Part shown: positions 27,580 through 38,771 of the stretch, one piece after another | Layout: every line of letters starts with the position of its first letter | Position numbering within the stretch: position 1 is the first letter of the stretch | Origin: Asterias rubens | Taxonomy: Eukaryota | Length of the DNA: 64,000 bases | NCBI RefSeq assembly: GCF_902459465.1 | Contig: NC_047064.1 | Coordinates: 19,034,001 to 19,098,000 of the forward strand | Direction: 5' to 3' | Position numbers and translations under genes: made by a program | The notes under the pieces: generated by a model | The model's input: only the letters and a program-made list of their open reading frames with translations | Databases searched by the model: none | Told to the model about the DNA's origin: nothing

Positions 27580-27954
27580 GGTTTGGTTTGGTTTGGTTTG
27601 GGTGTATACTAACAGATTTACAAAAAGATTTACACAAATCCAGTGGTGGTTTGGTTTGGTTTGGGTGTATACTAACAGATTCACACAAATCCAGTGGTGG
27701 GTTGGTTTGGTTTGGGTGTATACTAACAGATTCACACAAATCCAGTGGTGGTTTGGTTTGGTTTGGGTGTATACTAACAGATTCACACAAATCCAGTGGT
27801 GGTTTGGTTTGGTTTGGGTGTATACTAACAGATTTACACATATCCAGTGGTGGTTTGGTTTGGTTTGGGTGTATACTAACAGATTTACACATATCCAGTG
27901 GTGGTTTGGTTTGGTTTGGGTGTATACTAACAGATTTACACATTATCCAGTGGT
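27580..27954. repeat. 51-bp minisatellite, 7 units
   Basis: Unit CCAGTGGTGGTTTGGTTTGGTTTGGGTGTATACTAACAGATT(C/T)ACACA(A/T)AT; TACTAAC at 27607, 27670, 27721, 27772, 27823, 27874 and 27925. Confidence 0.95.
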
Positions 27955-29480
27955 GTCTTGGTGATGTGTCCATCATATCTCAAAATGGCTTTATTATGGA
28001 AAGGCAGCTGTTGGTGGTAGTCTGAAACATTGAGAGAACTGGCTCCCTCTGAAATAACCTAATAGTTGATGTTGAGAAGGATGTAGTTTTTCAAGCATAA
28101 GAGTTCAGGCCTGTGGCCTTTTATTTAAGCACACACATTCCTGCAACAAGTGTGTTTTTTCTTTAATCATTCTCTTGCAACATCGACTGATGATTGTGTC
28201 CAAAAGGTTTGTTAAAAATACGCACTGGTGTTTCATTGAATTTCGATTTTCTCGACCCCCCCCCCCAACCCTTCACAAAAAGGGAGTGTTGCCGGTACCC
28301 CCACAACCAGTGACTCTTTTTGATTTTATCTTGTTGTATTTGTTACAAACGCTTACAAGCTTGTGTGCGCCTGCAATCGTGCAACTCCTATTGTACCACT
28401 TTTGTTTATACTCAATACCTTTTTTTTCGCAAAAGCTCCCATTGGTTTTGTACACGTTTTCCAGTTGTGGGCGTTTCCCGAACCGTGGACCCTATTGTTC
28501 TCTTTTGTAATTGGTCCCCATTTTGATACCTACTCTAATGGCACCTACCCCCGACGCCGCCCCTCCCCCAGTTTCAAACTTTTCAGCGGCAGATTTACGC
28601 CACTGAAATCAGCAAAATTGCTGAGTTATCATAAAAAGTACAGGGGTACCTTCGCCCCCAATAAATAAAACCTCAATTCCAAATTTAGATCAGCAGTTAT
28701 CCGTGAAATACAATTTAGACAAATGGGCGTGAAGTTTGGTTTGGGAGAGAATCCGCTTGAATGGGTGGCATTCACCTTCACGCACGCAACCCAGGAATTT
28801 GTTGTACTTCAATTTAAAAATAATAATAATAACACAGATGGGTTGCTTTTGTTATAACAATGTCGGGTATAAACTTTGAGATTTCTTTTTCTTTCAAGTT
28901 CCTTCTTGTCTCCTTTCACGACCAGGATATGTGCCCTTCAGAGCTGACAACCTTGACCGCATTAGTCACGAATGGAATAACAATGACCCACAAATAAAGT
29001 AGCAGAGGATGTGGCTTCCTTCCAAGGACCACTCTGTTGACTAAGAAGATGGCTTTCAAAAAAAGTTAGTAACGCTTACGAGAATTCCAACAGAACTTGT
29101 GAGGCGTGCCGTGGCCTTCAGGAGTTTTTTAAGGTGTTTGAATTGAAGGGTTTAGGGGCAAGTCAACATACAGTGATTTTATCAAAAGATTTGTTTAAAA
29201 TGGGTTGATATTTATTTTTAAATGGTTGCGTTTTTTTCTCTGACGTTAAGGCTGTTATACACAAAAATATGGTGTTTTTCATTCAATGTATAGATTGACT
29301 CTCGCAAATGCAACCTTATTTTTGACGCATACCAAAGTTTGTTGTTTGACTGCATTACCGTACATATATTTCCATCTAAGTGTAGGCCCTTATGTGTTTT
29401 AAACGGAGGGTACACCCTTCGTACTCACTATGAATGACCATCAAAACATATGTCACATGGTCTTTACAATGAAATTACAA

Positions 29481-29790
29481 TAAGGGAATCAATGTGTGGT
29501 GAAGAGGTTTTCAACTAGTGGTTTAAACCCAACGAGGCCTGGTTCTTAAACAATTTACCGAGACGAAGTCGAGGTAAATTATCAAGAACCAGGCCTCGGC
29601 GGGTTTAAACCACTATAGTTGAAAACCGATTCAACACACTTTGATTCCCATTCATAAATACCTTTTCGGTCAAAAAACATCTTATAAGCACATGTGCAAG
29701 CTCGCGTGTCACGCCCATGTTTCAACACTTTTTACGGGTCACAAACAAAGGTTTCCACCAAAAGGAATAGCGAAACTGTCTGAGGTATTT
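29481..29790. mobile_element. Hairpin-rich non-autonomous element, copy 1
   Basis: AAGGGAATCAATGTGTGG...GATTCCC fold-back with a central CCGAGACGAAGTCGAGG; later ATTCATAAATACC and GGTATTTATGAAT inverted pair. Superfamily uncertain. Confidence 0.7.
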
Positions 29791-30103
29791 ATGAATGAAA
29801 GTTTAAGCTCAATCGGTCATCAGAATCACAACAACACATGGACGAAAAACCTCACATTTACAGGTGTTTTTTTGTACTGACGAGATCAGAACGAATATTT
29901 GTTCTACTAATTTGTCAAAAAACTGTACATTTCAGGAAATAATGTTCGCCGCAAAGTTTCTAACCATAACCATCTATATACAATGTTTAGTTATGTGCAG
30001 TTATACTGTCAGGTATACTTTCAATCATACGTGTTGTGCACATTCTACCCCACATTGCTTCGCAGAAGAAAGCAGTTTTGCTTCGAACACAAATATTTTA
30101 TTG

Positions 30104-30250
30104 CAGGACTTGCAACTACAAGGTTGTGGGTTCGAATCCCCCAGCTAACGGCTGATTTCATATAATGACTAGAACAAGTATATTGTCGTCTAGTTACTAA
30201 ATCACAATATCTTCATTTGTGCAATTCATTATCATGGACGTTAAACCAAT
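30104..30250 (+). mobile_element. tRNA-derived SINE head
   Basis: GGACTTGCAACTACAAGGTTGTGGGTTCGAATCCC; no acceptor stem, so not a tRNA gene. Similar heads at 54075-54125 (+) and 3873-3915 (-). Confidence 0.5.
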
Positions 30251-31026
30251 GTTTGTATATGAGAGAGATTGGTTTTTGCAAGCTTTGTGTATATACCCCC
30301 TTGTGAGAGTTTGCCGAGTTCCCTCAAAAGGAAGATCATCTAAACGGACAAACACACAAAAGACTTTCAATACCGTTTCACAAAACGTGATGCCTTAATA
30401 ACCGAAGATTAAACAAAAACCAAACTCAACTGATAAATCGATGACAGAAAATTACTTATTCAAACCAGAATTGGTCTTTTAATCACACATATCGATACAA
30501 GAGACATGATTGATGTGGGTTTATTATATGCACTTCTCATAAGCACAGTAGTCATGCAAAGTTGAATACCAAAATTATCGACGTAAATGGAAATGTTGGC
30601 ATCCACTTAATCAAGCGCTTAAACCAAATTTTACGCTGAAATGGTTTGTAATCTTTTCTTATTTTAATTCGGCTTTTCGAAAGTCCAGAAGTAAATAGAA
30701 AGGAAAGTAAGTTTTGTCCTTCAAATACCAACCGATATTGAAGGCAATTGTTAAAGTGAAAGGTGTGTCTTTAGCGGTTTTGTAATTTTTTACGTTGAGT
30801 GGATTTTTGAAGCATGACCATCGATAACAATAATTGTTTACTCATTTCCTTCTAACTTTGACAGTCCAATTAAAGAACCTTGAACTCTGTTGTCACGTTT
30901 CGACTAGGTTAATACACACCCTCCCGAGGCCCCCATAGCTAGTCATATAGATCAACATTAACTTAATAGTTAAGATCTTTTTAGATCTTTTTAATCGTTG
31001 TATAGTTTTCTGGTCGAGTTTGAAAT

Positions 31027-31690
31027 AAGGGAATCAATGTGTGGTGAAGAGGTTTTCAACTAGTGGTTTACACCCGCGCCGAGGCCTGGTTCTTGATAAT
31101 TTTACCGAGACGAAGTCGTGGTAAATTATCAAGAACCAGCAGCCGATTTCACGAAACTTTGCGCAACTGTGTAAGTCCACTTGCGCAACGTTTATGGCGC
31201 AACTTACGCCATAAACGTTGCGCAAGTAAGTGGACTTACGCAGTTGCGTAAAGTTTCGTGAAATCGGCTGCAGGCCTCGGCGGGTTTAAACCACTATAGT
31301 TGAAAACCGATTAAACACACTTTGATTCCCATTAGTAAATACCTTTTCGGTCAAAAACATCAACACTTTTTGGTTCAAAAGGTAAAATAAATGCAAAAAT
31401 TTTAATTGTTCAATTATTTCTTTCAACACAACACCCCTCCAGCTTTGAAAAGGTAAGGCCCTCGGGTAAACAACTCCTTATAAGGAGATGCTGTGCGCGT
31501 CGCGCGTATCGCGTGATGTTGCACAACTGTTTCAGCCGTTGCTCTCGACCAATAGGAATGAAGAAAATGTCTTATACGCACAGGTGCAAGCTCGCGTGTC
31601 ACGCCATGTTATATCATCCGTTCAAACAACCCCTTGTGATGGCCTCTCGACCAATCAGAATGGATAAACTGTCTTAGGTATTTATGAATA
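31027..31690. mobile_element. Hairpin-rich non-autonomous element, copy 2 (longer, carries the nested MITE)
   Basis: Same termini and core as 29481-29790. Confidence 0.7.
31140..31270. mobile_element. 131-bp near-perfect palindromic MITE with CAG TSD, nested in another repeat
   Basis: CAG|CAGCCGATTTCACGAAACTTT ... AAAGTTTCGTGAAATCGGCTG|CAG. The sister host copy at 29584-29597 has the empty site AAGAACCAGGCCTC. Confidence 0.85.
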
Positions 31691-32477
31691 AAATTTCATA
31701 GTGGTGTTCGTGCAATGATTTTACTCTAAATAGTCTCGTTTTGGGAGAGGCGGATCGCTGAAAAAGGAGACTTGTACCAGTCTGTCTAGTGTTCCCGCCA
31801 AATTTTTGTTCACACAAAATAGATTCAATCCCACCCGAGTAATATGCATGTGATTGTCTTCACAGAGTTTGGGAAAGTACTGACTATACAGTGCTAACAC
31901 GCATCGGTGTAAAAACAAAATGAGTATACTTCAGTCTTGTTTTGGGAGAGGCAATTCGCTGCTAAAAAAAGAGAGAGACTTGCTCCAGTCCGCCCATTTT
32001 TGATTTTGTTTAACTACACACAAAATAAATTTCCATTTAACGGTACTGTTTGTAAGTGCCTATTGTCATCGTCGGAGTGTTTCATGGTCAAACGGACTTG
32101 GATCGATCGAAGTCTCCGCCGTGGGAAAAATTACAAACCCCCTTCAGTAATTAACCGTCTCACTGGATTCACGTTGTCCTATGTTTTCTTTAAAATTTTT
32201 GATTTTTTTTTTTATTTTTTTTTCCTTGGGAGATTCCAACAAAAGAAGTTTGTTTCGGCGTCGCTCAGCTGTGAGGGGCTTGGGGTTGTTGTATAGCGCG
32301 TAGGCTCTCACACGATCTGTTCCATACGGTAACACAAGAATTATTTGACAATTCTGTTCGACAACCAATCAACAACAATACAACGTTTTGCACCACAGTC
32401 GAGACTGTAAAAAATGATATCGCAGTGTGTGTGTGTGTGGGGGGGGGGGGGGGTGTCGGTAAAGGTGAGCGGCAAGA

Positions 32478-32867
32478 TTAAAGGCTAGTGGACACTATTG
32501 GTAATTGTCAAAGACTAGCCTACACAGTTGGTGTATCTCAACAAATGCATTAAATAACAAACCTGTGAAAATTTGAGCTCAATCGGTCATCAAAGTTGCG
32601 AGATAATAATAAAAGAAGAAGACACCTTGTCACACGAAGTTGTGTGCGTTTAGATGGTTGTTTTCGAGACCTCAAGTTCTAAACCTGAGGTCTCGAAATA
32701 AAATTCGTGGAAAATTACTTCTTTCTCGAAAACTATGTCACTTTAGAGGGAGCCGATTCTCACAATGTTTTAAAAACACCTACCTCTCCCCATTACTCGT
32801 TACCAAGTAAGGTTTTGTGTGCTAATAATTATTTTGAGTAATTACCAGTAGTGTCCACTGCCTTTAA
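32478..32867. mobile_element. Family A MITE, full length
   Basis: TTAA-flanked, both TIRs present. Confidence 0.85.
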
Positions 32868-32974
32868 GCTGCCAAAATTTGAAAGACAAGGTCGGCTTGA
32901 TTAATCTATACGGAAACAAATTGCGTAGTTGGTTCGCGGTTAAACATCATACGTGTACTTTATACCAGAAGCTG

Positions 32975-33255
32975 GGGGTAGATTGTGTTCTTTTTTGAGG
33001 AACTTGTATTGATGGGTAGATTCTGTTCTTTTGACAACTTGTGTCCCATGAATATACTTTCCATGTTGATAGATTGTGTTCATTCGTGTTTGGCTGGGTA
33101 GATAGTGTTCTTTTGAAAACTTTTCTTACACCTGTGTAAATCTACTTTCTGGGTAGATTATGTTCTTTTGAGAACGTGTCTTGCTGGGTAGATTGTGATC
33201 TTTTGAGAATTTCACAATGTAAATCTACTTTCTGTGAGTACATTGTGTTTTGGGA
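32975..33255. repeat. Degenerate tandem repeat with a GGGTAGATTGTGTTCTTTTG core
   Basis: About 7 irregularly spaced copies of the core. Confidence 0.7.
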
Positions 33256-33660
33256 ATCTTTTGAAACTCAACGCGGAACCGCCATCACCTCATGCGGTTG
33301 GGTGCGTTTCAAACAAACTTTGTTGATATTTCTGTCGATGTGTAGACATGAGGGATTACATAAACAAGTTTCTAGATTTATTAATGAATCCCTTTCCCAC
33401 GCTTGTGTTCTCTCCTCGCAACAGACATTGTCCGAACACAAAGCTAATGATATACTCCATGTACATTTTGGTATTACAATTGGTTGTTAGTGTATGGTAC
33501 ATATTCCCTTCTATTGCAAACTGGTCGCTAGTGTGGTTTTCAGTGAATACTTTGAGCTGTTCCGCACTGTTTCTATCGCAAACGGGTCGCTAGTGGGGTT
33601 TTCAGTGAATACTTTGAGCTGTTCCGCCTGACGTGGAGCCAATGACACTTTAAGTAAAAA

Positions 33661-34355
33661 TATAACTGGAAAAAAAAGTTTCAAAAAAGTTGTGTAGCTC
33701 TTGGTATTAGGTCACACTTCCCGGTTGACCCACAGGTAAAGGTCAAAATGGGCCCACAGCTACCAAAGACTAATCTGCAATGCCAAGGAGTCTATAACTG
33801 AAAAAGTTTAAGCAATCGGTTGTGAAGATCTTGATATATAGTCCCACTTCCGGTTGCCCAGAAGTAGAGGTCAACATAGGGTCACAGTTTTTCAAAGTTA
33901 ATAGTTATTGCCTTAGAGTCTATAACTGAAGTTTGAACATTGGCTTTGTACTTCTTGAGATATTGGCCCACTTCCGGTCGACCCGGAAGTAAAGGTCAAC
34001 ATGGGGTCAAATGTGTTTCAAACTAATCTTGAATGTCCAAGGAGTCTATAACTGAAAAAAGTTTGAAAATCGGTTGTATATTTCTTGAGATATGGTCCCA
34101 CTTCCGGTTGACCCGGAAGTAGAGGTCAACTTGAGGTCACGGTTTGTCAAAAGTTATATTTTTATGCCTAAGGAGTTTATAACTGAAAAAAGTTTTATAA
34201 TCTGGTGTATAGTTCTTGAGATATGGTCCCACTTCCGGCCGACCCGGAAGTAGGGGTCAACTTGAGGTCACGATTTTTCAAAATTAATCTCCAATCCCCA
34301 AAGAGTCTTTAGCAACAAACAGTCTTAAAATCGGCTGTATACTTCTTGAGATATG
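33661..34355. repeat. About 130-bp tandem repeat, 5 units, each with an ACTTCCGG-N-CCGGAAGT hairpin
   Basis: ACTTCC anchors at about 33716, 33846, 33970, 34100 and 34231. Confidence 0.85.
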
Positions 34356-35144
34356 GTGCTGCAAAGATTTTCTGATTGAATATGCAAATGAGGGTCATGT
34401 GGTTAATTAGTTACTAGTTGCCATTTTTCAAAAACAAATTAAAGATGCAAACATCACGACATCGTCTTCTCAGACTCTCCCCAAGAGTCCTCAACCCATA
34501 CAGGTCCGCAGTGTGTTGTAAGAGCCATAGAGATGTTTAAACATTGCAATGAAAGTGACTGCACCCAACTTATGAAGTACTACGTTGTACCCATGATGCC
34601 AATATTCTAATTGATTAATTAATTAATAGACGAACATTGATTGCTTTTATGGACTGAAACAAATCTTATTAGAATCAGTGTATTTTTCTACACATAATAT
34701 GATATTTAGGAAACTAACAAATAAATTATTTAGAAGTTATTGTGTTTTTGACCAGTTTAAAGTATAGATTTGAAGAGCCATTGTGTTTGTGCACAGACAC
34801 AAAACGTGCATTACATGACGTCATGGTGACGTCGTCCAGAATTTTATGTCGGAAATCACATTAACAGGACCTGACTAGTGTATAGCTGAAAAAAGTTTCA
34901 GGATCGGCGGTCTAATTTTTGAGATATGGTGTTAACTAGGTTTGCTAATTAAATATTCACAAGCTTAATTAAGGCTTATTAATTAATTTTTTTTACATTT
35001 TTTACGATAAGAATTAAGCTTATGTTCTAAGCTTCAGTTTGGTATAATAAACTCACTCTTTCGTATTATGGTTTAGGAGATTAGGCTGCCGCAAAAACGT
35101 GTACAAACACTATGGGATTTAGGGAGAAACAAAGAATAATAATA

Positions 35145-35435
35145 ATAAAAATAATAAAAATCTCGACGAAAACAATAGCTGTTCCGACTGGATCGGAACA
35201 GCTAATAAAAATAATAAAAATCTCGACGAAAACAATAGCTGTTCCGACTGGATCGGAACAGCTAACAATAAAAATCTAGACGAAAACAATACCTGTTCCG
35301 ACGGACGGTCGGAACAGCTAATAAAAATAATAAAAATCTCGACGAAAACAATAGCTGTTCCGACTGGATCGGAACAGCTAATAATAAAAATCTCGACGAA
35401 AACAATAGCTGTTCCGACTGGATCGGAACAGCTAA
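35145..35435. repeat. About 57-60-bp tandem repeat, 5 units, each containing a hairpin
   Basis: Unit AAAAATCTCGACGAAAACAATAGCTGTTCCGACTGGATCGGAACAGCTAAT. Confidence 0.92.
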
Positions 35436-36310
35436 AAATATCCGTAAAATGTACGGCACTTTACCTGGCAGCTAGGGTGCCAGGTAAAGTGCCGTAAATA
35501 AGAAGTAACTTCTCACTAAAATATTTGAACTGAATTCTATGCCTCAGCTGAGGTCTCAAAATCAAGCATCTTAAAGCACACAGCTTGTGTGACAAGGGTG
35601 TTTTTTCTTCCATAATATTCCAAACATTCCTTTTAAATTCACTATCTTTCTACAATCGGTCTTCAAAATACTCGTTGGTGCGCAAGTGAATAAATCCACT
35701 CGGCAAATGCCGACACGCCCTTCGTAAGGTGTCTTACATTGTCATGCCATTGGGCAACACCACCCTAACCTGCAGTGTTTTACTAACAAGTTTCACATAC
35801 TTTCATATTGTTATTTTTTTTCACGCAAAAATTATACCCTCACGAAAAAAATCAATCCCGTTACCGTGAGATAAATATCTTGTTTTCCTTCATTGTGTCA
35901 AGTTCACGCAGGCAGAAAGGCATGTTGAGATGGCGAGATACCCGAACAATGATATTATGGACTCGAAAAAAAAAATATGAAATTGAATTTTTCGCTTCGT
36001 TTACTTTCGTCACCACACCTACTATATTTCATCAACGCTTGTGTTTGTAGCCCTACTACTTTTCCATATACATGTATAAACAAAAGGGTTATGCAAAATA
36101 TGGTTTAAAATCACATCGACTTCATACGTTACGCCTCAGAGTGACTTTTTATATGGACGGCGCCCTCTAGTGACGATACCTCATGTCCCACTTAGTTTAT
36201 TTGTATACATTCCATCCATACTTTACAAGCAAAAACCCTTTATACTCTGAAATTATGATAGCCAAAAAAAAGTTTGGGTAAAAGGTTGTTTACCTGTACT
36301 TAGGGATCCT

Positions 36311-36785
36311 ATTAGTCCAGGAGCCAAACCCGAAACTTTAGGTAAAGCGTGACATTGAGTACAACTAAGATTTTTTTTTGCAGAAATATCTTCTTCAAGG
36401 TGTCTAGTATGCAATTCCAATGCATGCCCAGCTGGCAGGGTTGAGCATATTTTGTTATTGCAAAAAATCACTTTTCCCGTATGATTCCACTTATCTGAAT
36501 TAATATCTACGTGTAATATCTGGTATGTAGTACACACCCAAAAGTATTCCTTGTCAAGAAAACATGTGAAGAGTTCGGTCGTTATCATATAAAACACATT
36601 GATGAGCGTTTTTACACAAACATATGGGAAAAGTGATTTTTTTTGCAACAACAACAAATGCTCAACCCTGCCAGCTGGACATGCATCAGATTCTTAAAAG
36701 GGACCCCCCCTAGTGGACTAATTTCAGCAAAAAAACGGTTAGTTGTACTCAATGTCACGGTTCATGTTCAGTTCTCCTGGACTAT
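36311..36785. mobile_element. Fold-back element with about 170-bp imperfect inverted arms
   Basis: AGTCCAGGAG...CGTGACATTGAGTACAACTAA...CCAGCTGGCAGGGTTGAGCAT is mirrored at 36621-36785. Confidence 0.72.
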
Positions 36786-37061
36786 ATATATGAAAGAGCG
36801 AGTTTCACGAACGCCCACTGATATAAAGGGAGTTAAAGAAAAACAAGTTTCTGGTCGAATTAAGTTTGGCAAAATAACTTGAACAAAGCTGGCACCGGAA
36901 CCGCTGTGTGTTGCAGCTAGCTCGCCATGTATCCTACCCACCCAAAAATGAGCTCGGCCCCTACGGTTGTTGTTGCTTTTGTTTGTTGTTGTTTTGGGGT
37001 TTTTTTTCAGATCGCTTCAAAAATACTATATTATAACCCTGAACCGAACTGATGTGCACCG

Positions 37062-37268
37062 CAATGCGTATAGTAAACACACGTGCAAAGTACATGTACG
37101 TCCAAGTCGCGAGTTGGTACATTTCAAAAAGTGTTTTTCTGCATTCAGAAGCAATACACCTGGTCGGCATTGCCGGAAAAAAAAAAAAAAAACGTTTTTT
37201 TGAAACGTACAAACTCACGACTTGGTCCGTACATGTACTTTGCAATTGTGTTTACTCTACGCATTACA
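37062..37268. mobile_element. MITE-like inverted repeat
   Basis: GCAATGCGTATAGTAAACAC...TGCAAAGTACATGTACG is mirrored by CGTACATGTACTTTGCA...GTGTTTACTCTACGCATT. Confidence 0.65.
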
Positions 37269-38035
37269 GGCAAAGTCTGCCTCGATTGACGTCACGAACA
37301 GCGTCCTCTCGGGTCGGGGTCTACTCTTAAATTTGTAAATAACATAAGAACTGATTTTAAAACCTTAGTTAACTGTTTATTCACATTCCACTCATCAAAA
37401 CACATATATTAGTGACTTCCAGGTGACTTTAACGATTCAATGTGTCGGCATACGTTCAGGCATACATGTGTCGGCATACGACCATCCATGGCAACTAGAG
37501 TGGTATTTAGAAAGGTTCTACAAATGCAGCATTCGAGAAACTGGGATCTGAAACATCCTTGATCATCAACAGCCCCCCCCCCCCTCTTCACACCAACCAC
37601 CAGCTCTAACTGTTCCCCTAACCAACGCTTAACTATACTCTACAACTGCTTTGCAAACCTCGTCCTTAACGTATAGCTAGCTATCGCGTGTAAGGGTCGG
37701 CCGTATTTCCGCAAAATAACGTACACGAGCTCCTTTTGTGTAGAGAGTTTGGGTTCTGTACGACACAAAACACAATGTCCACATACTCACATTGAACTTG
37801 CGCGGTTCAAAGATAGTGGTGGTAAAAAGCTTCCCTTCAAATATTACTTGCTGGGTTTGAGAGAAGTGAGTAAAACAATGTCATGAAAATAATGTTCGTC
37901 TCAGGAAACGAAAATTGTTTCAGTAAGTGCAACGATACTGGTATGTACGCGACTCTTCTGAAAACATAGCTCTGTGATGTTCATTTTTTTTCCCCTCAAA
38001 ACTTGATGACTATCAAATGACGCTGAAATTAACTT

Positions 38036-38355
38036 AAGAGTTGAATCCAACACTTGCATGAGTTCGGTGAGTGACTACACTCTGAAAGTGTTGAATGTAG
38101 CATTTTATATGTTAATTCCAACATTTTAAAGTAATCGGTCAACAATGTAAGTGCCAGTTTAACGTTTAAAAAGCTGATCCAACAATTCAAAGGGATTTTT
38201 TGAGAAATGTTGAAATAACACTTTTAATTGTTGCATTAACCTTTTTTGCGTTGGATCAAAAATTTGAAATGCTAGATTTAACCAACAAAACGCTGGATCC
38301 AGCACTTTCAAAGTGTAGTCACTCACCGAACTCATGCAAGCATGGATTCAACTTT
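38036..38355. mobile_element. MITE-like inverted repeat (about 60-bp arms)
   Basis: CTTGCATGAGTTCGGTGAGTGACTACACT is mirrored by AGTGTAGTCACTCACCGAACTCATGCAAG. Confidence 0.72.
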
Positions 38356-38531
38356 TTAGTTTTTAGAGTGTACATAATATTACATACACCTTCATTTACA
38401 TGTAAGTATAGGGATTCATGTCATGGCCAAAAACTTGATCTATAAAAGGTACAAAGAATTTAAAGAAAACCCTTTAAAATAACGATACTCCGTATACAAT
38501 ACCAATACCTCTCTCTCTATCTCTCTCTATT

Positions 38532-38771
38532 GGGTGCGTTCGTTTAGCTTCCTTGGGTCGACCCCGCAGTGCTCACTCGATGAGCCCCTGACAAGAGCTA
38601 ATCGAACGATCAAACTCACCCTCTCGTGGTGACGGCATGCACCTCAGGTCACCCCCAAGTGACCCACTCCAGAAGCAGGGCACTGGGGGCTGACCCGAGT
38701 GAGCCCCGTCAAAGCTATTCGAACGTACCGGGGCAGACCGGGGTCGACCCAGGAAGCTAAACGAACACACC
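38532..38771. mobile_element. MITE with GGGTGCGTTCGTTTAGCTTCC TIRs, copy 1
   Basis: About 25-bp TIRs; close homologue at 41018-41273. Confidence 0.82.

Larger units (their letters stand above)
33509..35435. mobile_element. Helentron/HINE-like (rolling-circle) non-autonomous element
   Basis: One end carries AGCTGTTCCG (33556-33565 and 33617-33627). The other end carries hairpins AGCTGTTCCGA-loop-TCGGAACAGCT next to an (AAT)n tract. An internal 130-bp satellite is present. This subTIR + hairpin + microsatellite + tandem-repeat layout is characteristic of DINE-1/HINE-type elements. No RepHel coding sequence seen. Confidence 0.6.

Noticed and set aside
27512-28025. Longest ORFs in the track (132-154 aa, several frames, both strands)
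   Set aside because: Produced by a 51-bp (17-codon) tandem repeat that lacks stops in several frames; no evidence of a real protein.
35145-35435. CRISPR-like appearance (palindromic repeat about every 60 bp)
   Set aside because: Intervening sequences are identical or AT-rich rather than unique spacers; the context is eukaryotic and there are no cas genes.
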